50,737 nt of DNA from Rhodothermales bacterium (GTDB lineage: Bacteria; Bacteroidota; Rhodothermia; Rhodothermales; UBA10348), in assembly GCA_017859335.1 (NCBI GenBank), contig JAFMNH010000003.1, positions 1 to 50,737 on the forward strand, read 5' to 3'. The translations under genes and the position numbers were made by a program. A model generated the notes under the pieces. It saw only the letters and a program-made list of their open reading frames with translations. It was not told the DNA's origin and made no database searches. This document shows positions 18,915 to 29,450 of the stretch, in pieces. Positions within the stretch are counted from its first letter, which is position 1. The number at the start of each line of letters is the position of its first letter.

Positions 18915-19667
18915 CTAGAAGGTCAGACCGATCTGGAAGGCATGACGGAATCCGCGGTACTCGACCCGTCTCGTATTGCTCTGGGCAAAGACCGCTGAGG
19001 CATTCAGTAGCCAGCGCTGCCAGCGGTATCCCCAACCGGCATAGGCACCCAACCCCGATCGGATCTCAGGCAGGGTCCATTCGATATCCACCATGTAACC
19101 TGCTGAAGACCCGGTGTCTGTCCCGAACGCACGGGAAGCCAGGCCGAAGAACGGTTGGGATCGAAGCGAGAGATGCGACCCCGCCAAGGTCAGGTTGACA
19201 CCGGCCCCGACGCCAATGGCCGCAACAGATACTTCAAAGACGGTGGCAAGCGTACTTTCGTCCTGCTTTGAAACCTTCCTGTAGTCTCCGTACAGGCCAA
19301 TGGGGAAAAAGACATCCAGCGCCTTTGAATCCGGACTCCCGAAGGGTCGTACCGCAGCCCACGCATCCACACTTCCATCAACCAGAGTCACCTTGTCGCC
19401 ATCGGCATCCATACCGCTGCCCCGGACCAGCCTGCCCATGAACCCTTCGCGACTGTAAAACAGGCCAATCGCAGGGTCACTGTATTCGAAGGATACGTCG
19501 GGCGCCTGAGGCGGGCGGAATGAAAAATCCACCACTGTAAGCAGCGGGCCGACAGCCCGTGCAGTTCGGCTGCCATCACCCCCGTAGTTGAACTGCGCAG
19601 CGGCGGGTCCCGCTACACAGCCCATCAGGCATACCGCGAGGACAGCTGATTCAATGGCACGGATCAT
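18915..19667 (-). CDS. Putative outer-membrane beta-barrel protein
   Basis: Signal peptide ending AAA|Q; alternating amphipathic strands; C-terminal FQIGLTF BAM-type signal. Confidence 0.75.
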   Translation of the reverse strand: MIRAIESAVLAVCLMGCVAGPAAAQFNYGGDGSRTARAVGPLLTVVDFSFRPPQAPDVSFEYSDPAIGLFYSREGFMGRLVRGSGMDADGDKVTLVDGSVDAWAAVRPFGSPDSKALDVFFPIGLYGDYRKVSKQDESTLATVFEVSVAAIGVGAGVNLTLAGSHLSLRSQPFFGLASRAFGTDTGSSAGYMVDIEWTLPEIRSGLGAYAGWGYRWQRWLLNASAVFAQSNTRRVEYRGFRHAFQIGLTF

Positions 19668-19695
19668 CTGGAACGACGGCTGCTGTCAGCGACCA

Positions 19696-22251
19696 CTACG
19701 ATCCTGACGTGAGGTCAATCTTAACGAAGCGATTCGACTTGGGAAGCTCTGCGGAAGCAGACTCCGAGGGCAGTGGCTGAGACGGTGGTTTGCTTTCACT
19801 CGCTGCCTTTTCCCGGGCTGGGCTCTCCGTTGGCTTGACCTCTTTTTGTGCTGTCTTTGGAGACCCCACAGGTGCTGGCGCTCCTGGCTGTGTCTGCCGG
19901 GGCGCTACCTCTCCTCGGGTTATCTCCTTTGCTTCGCCCTTTCCAGGCGTGGACGCCCCTTTCCCGTTCGCCTCCTGACCAGACCTTGCCGGAGCCTCCT
20001 GAGCGTGCTCTCCACCGCGGTGTGGCCTTCCATCCGCCCCTGTCTGCTGGTTGCGACCAGCAGACCGTCTGCTGTCCGAGCCTCTCCGGGCATCGGAGGA
20101 CCCACGGCGCTCGGATCCCCTGCGGGTATCCTTTTCACTGCGGGAATCTCGCTCAGATCGCCCGGCACCGGAACGGCCTCCACTGGATCTGGACGAATCG
20201 GATCTGGGCGACTCCGATCTGCCACGGCCACGTGACGTTTCCTGGGCGCCCGCGTCAGAACGTTTCGAGCGATCATCTCCGCCCGACCTGGCGTCCCTGC
20301 CGGAACGACCACTGTCACCCCGGCCACGCTGACGGCCACCATCACTACGACCTTCGGAGCGCGTACCGCCTGATCGCCCGGAACCAGAGCGCCCCGAGCC
20401 AGACCGGGAGCGACCTCTGTTATTGGATCCGCTTGTCTCATCCCTCTTCTCCTGACCCTCCGAAGCCTTCTGGCCGGACTGCGGTTTGCGGCGCGCGTTT
20501 CGATCCGTGCGATTGGACAAGCGTGAAATTTCCTTTCCGGAAGACCCGTCAAAAAACCGGAACGACATCGGGTCGACCGATGCCTCCGAGTCGATCTGCA
20601 CCCGCACGCCGAAGCGAAGGCGCCAGCGGAAGGTGCGGCTCGGAAACTTGCCTGACAGGAACGATGCCGTAAATGGGTGCACCTTGAGACGAACACGCGC
20701 TGACTTGCCGGCATCCCGATAGGATGCGAGCCAATCCTCAATCTTGCGGAGGAGGTCCTCCGGTTCGACCCGTAGGTGACTGGGCGTCACGGTACGATCC
20801 CTGACCTCCCCGCGCCGCTGGCGGGGATCCGCTGCGGAGCCGGATGACTGCTCATCCGGCAGGGAAAATGTCTTGGTGATACTGGGACGCAGTCGTTGAC
20901 GCGTGATCTGAATCAGACCGAAGTCACTCATCGGCAGCACCTTGGTAACCGCACGATCAGCCCGGAATTCCTTTTTCAGCGTCTCGTACAGCTTTCGGCG
21001 GTTGCTTTCATGACGCATGTCGATGAAATCGACCACGATAATGCCGCCCAGGTCGCGCAGACGGACCTGCTTGCAGATGATCTTGGCAGCCTCCAGGTTG
21101 ACCTTGAGCGAACTGTCCTCCTGGGACATGCCTCGGCCGGCCCGGCCCGAGTTCACATCCACCACGTGCATGGCTTCTGTCTGCTCGAAAAACAGATAAC
21201 CACCCGAGGGCATGTTCACACGCTCGTCGAAAGCCTCCTCCACGGCAGCCTTGATACCTACCTTCTGGAATACGGACTCTGCATTCTCCTCCAGCTTGAC
21301 ATCCTCCACCATATCAGGGGCGATAGCCTGTACGTAGCCACGGATGTTGCGATAGAGCTTCTGGTCATCAATCAGAATGCGATCGTAATCCTCCGTGAAG
21401 AGATCCCGCATGATGGAGGATACCATGTTGACATCCTCATGAATGACTGCGGGCGGCTTCGGATTGTTTTTCAGCTTGCCTTCGATCCTCTTCCACTTGT
21501 CTACCAGCAGGTTCAGGTCCGTGTCAAGCGCCTTGGCGCTCCGACCCTCGGCCACCGTGCGGACGATGACACCAAATCCCTCAGGCAGAAGGCTCCGCGC
21601 CAAGGCGCGCAGTCGCCGACGCTCCTTGAAGGACATGATCTTCTTCGACACGGCCACGTAGTTGGCCATGGGAACCAATACCAGGAAGCGCCCCGCCAGG
21701 GAGATATCCGTAGTAACACGGCTTCCTTTGTTGGCGATGGGCTCCTTGCTGATCTTGACCAGGATGGGCTGGTCCTTGACAAGAATACTGGCGGGATCGA
21801 ACTGTGGACCCTCCTGTTCCCGCTCATTGTCGCCGCCGGACTCGCGGCGCGACGGCTGTCCTCCGCGACCTTGTCTTCGGCTATCCTTGCCCTGCTGATC
21901 GGAGCCGCCATGACGTTGACCGGTAGGTCGGCGCCGTTTCTTGCCCGCCGGCTTGGTCGTGTAGTCCCCTTTGAATGATCCAATCTCGGCCTGGTCCGTC
22001 TTGGCGTAGTCAAGCCACGACTCAACGTTGTCGATCAGGTCCGAGAAATGGAGAAACGCGTCCTGTTTCTGACCAATGTCTACGAAGGCAGCCTGGATGC
22101 TCGGCATGACTCGGCGGATACGCCCGAGGAAGATGTTGCCGATGGTGCGTTCATGTTCTTGGTTCTCAATGAACAGCTCCGCCAGCTCGCCGTTCTCAAC
22201 GATGGCAATGCGGGTCTGTTTACCCTTGTTGACGATGATTTCCTTAGACAT
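19696..22251 (-). CDS. rne: Ribonuclease E/G with long disordered R/S/G-rich C-terminal extension
   Basis: GNIFLGRI..VMPSIQAAFVDIG (S1), KEPIANKGSRVT, VVDVNSG, LRDLGGIIVVDFIDM, FGLIQITRQR. Confidence 0.93.
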   Translation of the reverse strand: MSKEIIVNKGKQTRIAIVENGELAELFIENQEHERTIGNIFLGRIRRVMPSIQAAFVDIGQKQDAFLHFSDLIDNVESWLDYAKTDQAEIGSFKGDYTTKPAGKKRRRPTGQRHGGSDQQGKDSRRQGRGGQPSRRESGGDNEREQEGPQFDPASILVKDQPILVKISKEPIANKGSRVTTDISLAGRFLVLVPMANYVAVSKKIMSFKERRRLRALARSLLPEGFGVIVRTVAEGRSAKALDTDLNLLVDKWKRIEGKLKNNPKPPAVIHEDVNMVSSIMRDLFTEDYDRILIDDQKLYRNIRGYVQAIAPDMVEDVKLEENAESVFQKVGIKAAVEEAFDERVNMPSGGYLFFEQTEAMHVVDVNSGRAGRGMSQEDSSLKVNLEAAKIICKQVRLRDLGGIIVVDFIDMRHESNRRKLYETLKKEFRADRAVTKVLPMSDFGLIQITRQRLRPSITKTFSLPDEQSSGSAADPRQRRGEVRDRTVTPSHLRVEPEDLLRKIEDWLASYRDAGKSARVRLKVHPFTASFLSGKFPSRTFRWRLRFGVRVQIDSEASVDPMSFRFFDGSSGKEISRLSNRTDRNARRKPQSGQKASEGQEKRDETSGSNNRGRSRSGSGRSGSGRSGGTRSEGRSDGGRQRGRGDSGRSGRDARSGGDDRSKRSDAGAQETSRGRGRSESPRSDSSRSSGGRSGAGRSERDSRSEKDTRRGSERRGSSDARRGSDSRRSAGRNQQTGADGRPHRGGEHAQEAPARSGQEANGKGASTPGKGEAKEITRGEVAPRQTQPGAPAPVGSPKTAQKEVKPTESPAREKAASESKPPSQPLPSESASAELPKSNRFVKIDLTSGS

Positions 22252-22864
22252 GTGTGGGTGTCCTGGGCAAAGAACGACGAACAGCCCTCCCCTTTGAGGG
22301 AGTTGTCAGTGCGACGATGTACCGAAAGTTCAATCACCTTCAGAAACTCCCCGAGAACTTGCTGCATCGAAAATCCACTGCTCCGGGTACGTCTGTCGCT
22401 CGGCAGGCTGTAGCTGCGTGCCGTTCTTGCAAATGATGGAGATAGAGCCAAAACAGGGAGGGCTGCGACGCCGAATTCGGTCGTCCCACACCCTGCCTGA
22501 CGTTCCGGAAAGTACTGTCCTGCCGCGCTTTCACGCCCTGCGAGTACCGCTCTGAACCATGCCACAAGCCAACGCGCAACCGCCTGGCCCACAACCCGAA
22601 ACCGGGTCAAGGAGAAAGGGAACAGCGTTGTAGCGAAAGAAACGGAATATCCGTGCATGATCAGGACGGGAAGCCCTTCCGGTAAGATGGGCCGAAGGAC
22701 GCCTTCTGCGTCGCTCCGGTCTTTAAAATCAACGGGTTAATCTCCCGAAGGCGCAGAATGATCCCGAAAAAGAGGCGCTTATATTGCCACAGGTCAGCCT
22801 CTGAGGGCAACCCGCTGCTCAGCCGCCCCGACCGCATGCCGAGCCGTGTCTGCATGTCAACCCA

Positions 22865-24022
22865 ATGCCAACCATCGACCGATCCATGACGCATCCTGCT
22901 GTATCTGCCGAAGCCAAGGGCCTTGAAGGAGTCATTGCCCTTCACACGGGCATCTGTGACATTGACGGGCAGAAGGGGACCCTTATCTATCGGGGATATG
23001 ACATCGATGACCTGGCACGGCACTGTACGTTCGAGGAAGTCGCATGGCTTCTCTGGCAAGGGGAGCTGCCCGGCGCCGCGGACCATGCCGAGCTGCTGCG
23101 CCAGCTGGCCAGCGAGCGACCACTACCTCCCATGGTCCGTGAGCTGATGGCCATGGCACCGGAGGATGCCAACGCCATGGCTTTCCTGCAAACAGGTATT
23201 TCCACCCTGGCCCTCTTCGATTCGGAAGCTGAGCAGACAGACCCTGCATCCCAGTACCGCAAAGCGGTGCGCCTGACAGCGCACATCCCTGTTCTGCTCG
23301 CAGGTTTCGACCGTGCCCGCAACGGTTTGCCCATGATTGCACCGCGACCTGACCTTTCGACGGCAGCAAATTTCCTTTACATGCTCAGGGGGGAAGAGCC
23401 GGGTGAGCAGGCTGTTCGCATATTCGACGCCTGTCTTGTCCTGCATGCCGAACATGGACTGAACGCATCCACGTTTGCCGGTCGGGTCATCGGCGCTACC
23501 CTGTCTGACATGTACGCTGCGGTCGCGGGCGCCGTCGGCGCCTTGAAAGGACCGCTGCACGGAGGAGCAAACCTCCGGGTAATGGACATGCTGGACGCCA
23601 TTGCCGCCTCTGGGGCGGATGCATCATCCTGGGTCCGGGACCGGCTGGCGCGCAAGGAGCGCATCATGGGATTTGGTCATCGGGTCTACAAGACGCTGGA
23701 TCCCCGGGCGGGCATTCTGCGGGAGATGTCCGAGTCACTGGCCGTGGAGGCGGGTAATCGAACATGGTACGACATGAGCCTGAGCATCATGGAGATCATG
23801 GAACGTGAGAAGGGCCTCTATCCCAATGTGGACTTTTTCTCGGCTTCCGTGTACAGCACATTGGGCATACCCAAGGACCTGTTCACGCCCATCTTTGCCA
23901 TGGCCCGGATTACCGGATGGACAGCCCACCTGATGGAGCAGTGGAAGGACAACCGACTTATACGGCCGCGGGCCGCCTATGACGGCCCGCGCAGTCGCAG
24001 CACGGGTCGACAAGCAGGCTGA
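22865..24022 (+). CDS. gltA: Citrate synthase (short type; 2-methylcitrate synthase not excluded)
   Basis: KGLEGV, LIYRGY, EHGLNAST, GPLHGGAN, GFGHRVYK..DPR, PNVDF, LIRPRA; start may be 22886. Confidence 0.88.
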   Translation: MPTIDRSMTHPAVSAEAKGLEGVIALHTGICDIDGQKGTLIYRGYDIDDLARHCTFEEVAWLLWQGELPGAADHAELLRQLASERPLPPMVRELMAMAPEDANAMAFLQTGISTLALFDSEAEQTDPASQYRKAVRLTAHIPVLLAGFDRARNGLPMIAPRPDLSTAANFLYMLRGEEPGEQAVRIFDACLVLHAEHGLNASTFAGRVIGATLSDMYAAVAGAVGALKGPLHGGANLRVMDMLDAIAASGADASSWVRDRLARKERIMGFGHRVYKTLDPRAGILREMSESLAVEAGNRTWYDMSLSIMEIMEREKGLYPNVDFFSASVYSTLGIPKDLFTPIFAMARITGWTAHLMEQWKDNRLIRPRAAYDGPRSRSTGRQAG

Positions 24023-24231
24023 CTCCCCATGACGGGTCTGGCAACCCTCCGGCACATTTCGCTCGATGAACGACTCGCTTGAGCGATATGCCCCTTTCCG
24101 CGCATACTTTGTTAAATGTGGCCACCGGGCACGGATCCGCGGGCGTCTTCCATCGTTGCGTTCCGTACCTTCAAACGTCCTCCTTTTCGAGGTCCAACCA
24201 AAAAGCAACCCCACAGGCAGTCACGACAGCT

Positions 24232-24930
24232 ATGCGTCTTTCGACCCTACTGAATTCGCCCATCGGCAAGAAGCTGATTACCGGAATCACAGGACTCGGG
24301 CTGACTTTCTTCGTGCTCATGCACATGGTCGGAAACCTGTCCATGTTCTCGGGCGATGACGCCTACAACGAGTACGCTCACTTCCTGGCCAGTCTGGGCC
24401 CCCTTCTCTACGCCGTCGAGGCAGGCCTCGTCCTGTTCTTCCTGGCCCACGCCGTAAACGGCTTCAAGATCTGGATCGGCAAGCGGAAGGCCCGACCGCA
24501 GGCCTACGCGGTGTACAAGAGCGCGGGTGGTCCGAGCATGCAGTCCTCGAGCTCGCGCTCCATGATCATAACGGGCATCATATTGCTGGTCTTCCTGGTC
24601 TTCCACCTCATCTCGTTCAAATTCGGACCGGGTGGACCCGGCAATGCCGATGCATCGTACCTGACGACGGTCAACGGTGTCGAGATGCGCGATCTGGCCC
24701 GCCTGGTACGTGAGAAATTTGCCCTCTCCTGGTACACATTCGGCTACACGGCCATCATGCTGCTCCTGGTTGCCCACCTGCGCCACGGCGTCTGGAGCGC
24801 CTTGCAGTCGCTGGGTGCCATGCGCCCATCGCTCTCCGCACTGATCCACACGATTGGCGGACTGCTGGGACTGGGAATCGGCCTCGGGTTCATCGTCATG
24901 CCACTGGCCATCTACTTCGGTCTGATTTGA
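24232..24930 (+). CDS. sdhC: Succinate dehydrogenase cytochrome b membrane anchor
   Basis: GKKLITGITG, HMVGNL, further His residues in TMs (AH, FH, HLRHG); start reset to ATG 24232; precedes sdhA. Confidence 0.9.
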   Translation: MRLSTLLNSPIGKKLITGITGLGLTFFVLMHMVGNLSMFSGDDAYNEYAHFLASLGPLLYAVEAGLVLFFLAHAVNGFKIWIGKRKARPQAYAVYKSAGGPSMQSSSSRSMIITGIILLVFLVFHLISFKFGPGGPGNADASYLTTVNGVEMRDLARLVREKFALSWYTFGYTAIMLLLVAHLRHGVWSALQSLGAMRPSLSALIHTIGGLLGLGIGLGFIVMPLAIYFGLI

Positions 24931-24988
24931 CCGGACCAGGATCCGATAGCCCGCATCTCTTCGAATCGAATTCCATCCGACGCACACC

Positions 24989-26902
24989 ATGTCTACGGTT
25001 CTCGACCCCAAAATCCCTGCTGGCCCGCTGAAGGAAAAGTGGGATAACTACAAGAACACGATCAAGCTGGTCAACCCGGCCAACAAACGGAAACACACCG
25101 TTCTGGTCGTCGGCACCGGATTGGCCGGTGGGTCTGCTGCAGCTTCCCTGGCCGAGTTGGGATACAACGTCAAGAGTTTCTGCATCCAGGATTCTCCTCG
25201 CAGGGCGCACTCCATTGCCGCGCAAGGAGGGATCAACGCAGCCAAGAACTACCCCAATGACGGGGATACCATCTGGCGTCTCTTCTACGATACCATCAAG
25301 GGAGGCGACTACCGCAGCCGCGAGGCCAACGTATACCGCTTGGCACAGGTGTCCAACAACATCATCGATCAGTGCGTAGCGCAGGGGGTACCGTTTGCGC
25401 GCGAATACGGTGGGTTGCTTGACAACCGATCCTTCGGCGGAGCCCAGGTGTCCCGTACGTTCTATGCGAAAGGCCAAACAGGGCAACAGCTCCTCCTCGG
25501 GGCTTACCAGGCCATGAGCCGGCAGATCGGAGCGGGAAACATCGAGATGTTTTCCCGACGCGAGATGCTCGACCTGGTCGTTGTCGACGGTAAGGCCCGG
25601 GGTATCATCACCCGTAACCTGGTCACCGGGGAGTACGAGCGCCACGTAGGCGATGCTGTCCTCTTGTGCACAGGCGGCTACGGAAACGTGTACTACCTGT
25701 CCACGAATGCCAAGAACTCGAATGTCACGGCAGCTTGGCGCTGTCATAAGCGCGGTGCCTACTTCGCCAACCCGTGCTACACCCAGATACATCCCACATG
25801 CATCCCGGTCTCGGGAGACTATCAGTCCAAACTGACCCTCATGTCGGAGTCGCTTCGGAACGACGGCCGCGTCTGGGTGCCCAAGAAGCAGGGGGATACC
25901 CGGCGTCCCCAAGACATTCCGGAAGAGGATCGTGACTATTATCTGGAGCGGAAGTACCCGAGCTTCGGAAACCTGGTACCGCGTGACGTGGCCTCACGCA
26001 ACGCCAAAATGGCAACAGATGAGGGTCGTGGCGTGGGCGAGACAGGATTGGCCGTCTACCTTGACTTCAAGGACTCGATCAATCGACTGGGACGGGACAC
26101 CATCGAAGCGCGCTACGGCAACCTCTTCGAGATGTACGAGCGCATTACGGGCGAAAACCCGTACGAAGTACCGATGCGCATCTTCCCGGCAGTCCACTAC
26201 ACCATGGGAGGCCTGTGGGTCGATTACGAACTGCAGTCCACCGTACCGGGCCTTTTTGTACTGGGCGAAGCCAACTTCTCTGACCACGGGGCCAACCGCT
26301 TGGGCGCCTCGGCATTGATGCAGGGATTGGCTGATGGTTATTTCGTCATCCCCTACACGCTTGGGAATTACATCGCCAACCAAAGCCTGCCCGATGTCTC
26401 GACCGATGCGGATGCCTTCGGCGAAGCGGAGTCGGCTGCAGACGCACGGATCCAGAAGCTGCTCAGCGTGAACGGAAACAAGACCGTCATGGAGTTCCAC
26501 CGCGAACTTGGACGCATCATCTGGGATCAGGTCGGTATGTCCCGAACCGCCGGTGGCCTTCGGCAGGCCATTGACCAGGTCAGTGCCCTCAAAGAAGAGT
26601 TCTGGCAGAATGTATGCGTCCCGGGAGAGCCGACCACCTATAACAAGAATCTGGAATTTGCCGGCCGGGTCGCCGACTTCCTGGAACTGGGAGAGCTCAT
26701 GGCTCGCGATGCACTCAGCCGCGAGGAATCGTGCGGTGGACACTTCCGCGAAGAGTATCAAACGCCCGAAGGTGAGGCGCTTCGCAACGATGACGAATTC
26801 ACCCACGTCTCGGCCTGGGAACACACGGCGTCGGGTCATGTCCTTCACAAGGAAAACCTCGACTTCGAGAACGTTCAACTCACCACCCGCAGCTACAAGT
26901 AA
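24989..26902 (+). CDS. sdhA: Succinate dehydrogenase/fumarate reductase flavoprotein
   Basis: [20 protein letters not shown] (FAD His), QIHPT, SESLR, HYTMGG, HGANRLG. Confidence 0.96.
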   Translation: MSTVLDPKIPAGPLKEKWDNYKNTIKLVNPANKRKHTVLVVGTGLAGGSAAASLAELGYNVKSFCIQDSPRRAHSIAAQGGINAAKNYPNDGDTIWRLFYDTIKGGDYRSREANVYRLAQVSNNIIDQCVAQGVPFAREYGGLLDNRSFGGAQVSRTFYAKGQTGQQLLLGAYQAMSRQIGAGNIEMFSRREMLDLVVVDGKARGIITRNLVTGEYERHVGDAVLLCTGGYGNVYYLSTNAKNSNVTAAWRCHKRGAYFANPCYTQIHPTCIPVSGDYQSKLTLMSESLRNDGRVWVPKKQGDTRRPQDIPEEDRDYYLERKYPSFGNLVPRDVASRNAKMATDEGRGVGETGLAVYLDFKDSINRLGRDTIEARYGNLFEMYERITGENPYEVPMRIFPAVHYTMGGLWVDYELQSTVPGLFVLGEANFSDHGANRLGASALMQGLADGYFVIPYTLGNYIANQSLPDVSTDADAFGEAESAADARIQKLLSVNGNKTVMEFHRELGRIIWDQVGMSRTAGGLRQAIDQVSALKEEFWQNVCVPGEPTTYNKNLEFAGRVADFLELGELMARDALSREESCGGHFREEYQTPEGEALRNDDEFTHVSAWEHTASGHVLHKENLDFENVQLTTRSYK

Positions 26903-26922
26903 GACCCAGCAATCGTTTCGAC

Positions 26923-27675
26923 ATGGCACACAGCATGAACATCACGCTCAAAGTCTGGCGTCAGGCGGGTCCCGATGCACAAGGGGGCTTCGAAACCTAC
27001 TCCGTACCGGACGCCAATGAACATATGTCTTTTCTGGAACTGCTCGACGTGCTGAACGAGCAGCTCATCAAGGAAGGCAAGGAGCCGGTCGAGTTTGACC
27101 ATGATTGCCGCGAAGGGATCTGCGGATCGTGTGGCGTTGTCATTGACGGCGTGGCACACGGCCCCCAGCAACGAACGGCATGCTGCCAGCTGCACATGCG
27201 GCATTACAAGGATGGCGATACCATCGTCATCGAGCCGTGGCGTGCAGAGGGTTTCCCGATCATCAAGGACCTTGTCGTAGACCGTCAGGCGTTCGATCGT
27301 ATCATCGCTGCGGGCGGCTACGTATCCGTCAATACGGGTGCCGCCCAGGACGCCAACAGCATTCCCATCCCGAAAGATGATGCGGATCTGGCCATGGACT
27401 ACGCTACCTGCATCGGCTGCGGTGCCTGCGTGGCAGCGTGTCCGAATGCATCAGCATCGCTCTTTACGGCGGCCAAGATTGCCCAGCTTTCCCTTCTGCC
27501 CCAAGGCGCTCCCGAGCGTACGATGCGTGTCACGAACATGGTCGACCAGATGGCGAAAGAAGGCTTTGGAGACTGCTCCAACCATGCAGAGTGCGAGGCG
27601 GTCTGTCCCAAGGGAATCTCCATTTCTGCCATTGCCACCATGCGCCGCGAGTACATGAAGGCCATGCGGGGCTGA
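26923..27675 (+). CDS. sdhB: Succinate dehydrogenase iron-sulfur subunit
   Basis: [32 protein letters not shown]. Confidence 0.96.
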   Translation: MAHSMNITLKVWRQAGPDAQGGFETYSVPDANEHMSFLELLDVLNEQLIKEGKEPVEFDHDCREGICGSCGVVIDGVAHGPQQRTACCQLHMRHYKDGDTIVIEPWRAEGFPIIKDLVVDRQAFDRIIAAGGYVSVNTGAAQDANSIPIPKDDADLAMDYATCIGCGACVAACPNASASLFTAAKIAQLSLLPQGAPERTMRVTNMVDQMAKEGFGDCSNHAECEAVCPKGISISAIATMRREYMKAMRG

Positions 27676-27701
27676 CGTTTCCCGAAAGGCTACGAAACGG
27701 T

Positions 27702-27735
27702 CGCGGGCCGCTGGACAGTCGTCCAGCGGCCCGCG
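27702..27735. terminator. Perfect 15-bp inverted repeat, likely bidirectional terminator between sdhB and purQ
   Basis: cgcgggccgctggac-agtc-gtccagcggcccgcg. Confidence 0.75.
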
Positions 27736-27761
27736 CGTGTTTCACGGAGTAACGCTCTTGG

Positions 27762-28460
27762 TCAGACAGCCATGCCGGCGCCGGCCACGATGGATTCGAA
27801 AATCCGTGCGCCGTCTTCGTTGCCCAGGATCCCTTCTGCACATCGCTCGGGGTGCGGCATCATCCCCAGCACATTCCGCTCGGCATTCAGGATGCCGGCA
27901 ATGTTGCGGGAGGCGCCGTTCGGGTTGGATTCCCGGGTGATGTTGCCCGCGGCATCGCAATAGCGGAAGGCCACGCGGTCTTCAGATTCGAGCTCGTCAA
28001 GCACGTCGTCCGAGGCAAAATAATTACCCTCGCCGTGCGCCACTGGCACCCGTAGGACATCGCCCTTGGAGAGACCGCCTGTGAACACACTTTCTGTGGT
28101 CTCTGTGCGGAGATAGACGTCCTTGCACACAAACCGCAGCGATTCATTGTGCGTCAACGCACCCGGCAGCAGGCCCGATTCACACAGGATCTGGAAGCCG
28201 TTGCAGATGCCCATGACCAGTCCCCCTTGTCCGGCAAAGCGGACCACGTCCTTCATGATCGGGGAGAAACGGGCGATGGCGCCGGAGCGCAGGTAATCGC
28301 CGTACGAAAATCCACCCGGCACGATGACCAGATCGACATCCCCCAGACTGCTTTCCTTGTGCCAGATGAACCGGGCTTCCTGCCCGAAGACATGTTTGGC
28401 CACGTGATAGGCATCGTGGTCACAATTGGATCCGGGAAAAACGATGACGCCGAATTTCAT
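27762..28460 (-). CDS. purQ: Phosphoribosylformylglycinamidine synthase glutaminase subunit
   Basis: [50 protein letters not shown]; start reset to 28460. Confidence 0.96.
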   Translation of the reverse strand: MKFGVIVFPGSNCDHDAYHVAKHVFGQEARFIWHKESSLGDVDLVIVPGGFSYGDYLRSGAIARFSPIMKDVVRFAGQGGLVMGICNGFQILCESGLLPGALTHNESLRFVCKDVYLRTETTESVFTGGLSKGDVLRVPVAHGEGNYFASDDVLDELESEDRVAFRYCDAAGNITRESNPNGASRNIAGILNAERNVLGMMPHPERCAEGILGNEDGARIFESIVAGAGMAV

Positions 28461-28620
28461 GACGGAGTTGGAAAGCGGTACGTAGAGAGCGAGCACGAAT
28501 ATACTGCGGCGGATGCGGCAATCGAATGCCCGAGCGGCGGCGCGAAGGATCCGGATGAACAATTCACGACAGACCGGCAGCGGAAACGTAGTTTCCTGTG
28601 GCACACCAAACGGAATCTAT

Positions 28621-29376
28621 ATGGAAACCCGACTTACCCATCTGACCTGGGCCGACGTGCGCGAGCGCCACGTGGAAACGGTCATCCTTCCCTGGGGCGC
28701 CACCGAGGCGCACAACACCCACCTCCCGCACGCAACCGACACGTGGCAAGCGGAGGGTGTGGCGCAGCGAGCCGCTGAAAAGGCTGCCGCCCGGGGAGCC
28801 CGTGTCGTGGTATTGCCGGGCGTGCCCTTCGGCGTCCACACCCAGCAGGCTGACCTGCCTTTGACGCTGAACGTGAATCCCTCCACGCAGTCGCTTCTCC
28901 TGGCCGATCTGGTGGCCTCCGTGGAACGCGCCGGTGTCCGGAAGATGCTCATCATGAACGGCCACGGCGGGAACGGATTCAAGCCGATGATCCGCGAGCT
29001 GCAGGCCCTGACGGACGTTTTCCTGTGTCTGTGCAACTGGTGGACGCTGGGTAATGCCGACGAGGTCTTCGACGAGCCAGGAGACCATGCCGGTGAGCTG
29101 GAAACAAGCGTAATGATGCATCTGCACCCGGATCGCGTACGCCCCCTGACGGAAGCCGGTCCCGGGAAGGAGCGCGTTTTCCGCCTCGAGGCGCTGCGCT
29201 CACGAAAGGTCTGGGCACCGCGCCAGTGGACCTCGGTCACAGACGATACGGGCGTCGGCAACCCGGCTGCCGCTACCGCGCAGAAAGGCCAGCAGTTCGT
29301 GGAGCAGGTAACGGACGAACTGGCCAACTTCCTGGTCGAGCTGGATGCGGCCGACCCGACGGATCTTTACGTCTGA
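28621..29376 (+). CDS. Creatininase-family amidohydrolase
   Basis: LPWGATEAHNTHLP..TD, NGHGGN, DHAGELETS, GVGNP; start reset to ATG 28621. Confidence 0.9.
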   Translation: METRLTHLTWADVRERHVETVILPWGATEAHNTHLPHATDTWQAEGVAQRAAEKAAARGARVVVLPGVPFGVHTQQADLPLTLNVNPSTQSLLLADLVASVERAGVRKMLIMNGHGGNGFKPMIRELQALTDVFLCLCNWWTLGNADEVFDEPGDHAGELETSVMMHLHPDRVRPLTEAGPGKERVFRLEALRSRKVWAPRQWTSVTDDTGVGNPAAATAQKGQQFVEQVTDELANFLVELDAADPTDLYV

Positions 29377-29450
29377 GTTCTCGTGCACCGGGACAACATC
29401 CTGACCGTTGAGACGTTATTCCAACGGCCGCGAGACAGGCAGTACATCCC

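Noticed and set aside
22300-22760. RNase P, tmRNA or SRP RNA in the large spacer
   Set aside because: Hallmark sequences (GAGGAAAGTCC, tRNA-like ends, SRP loop) not seen on either strand
27738-27753. parS-like half site TGTTTCACG
   Set aside because: Second half does not match the parS palindrome
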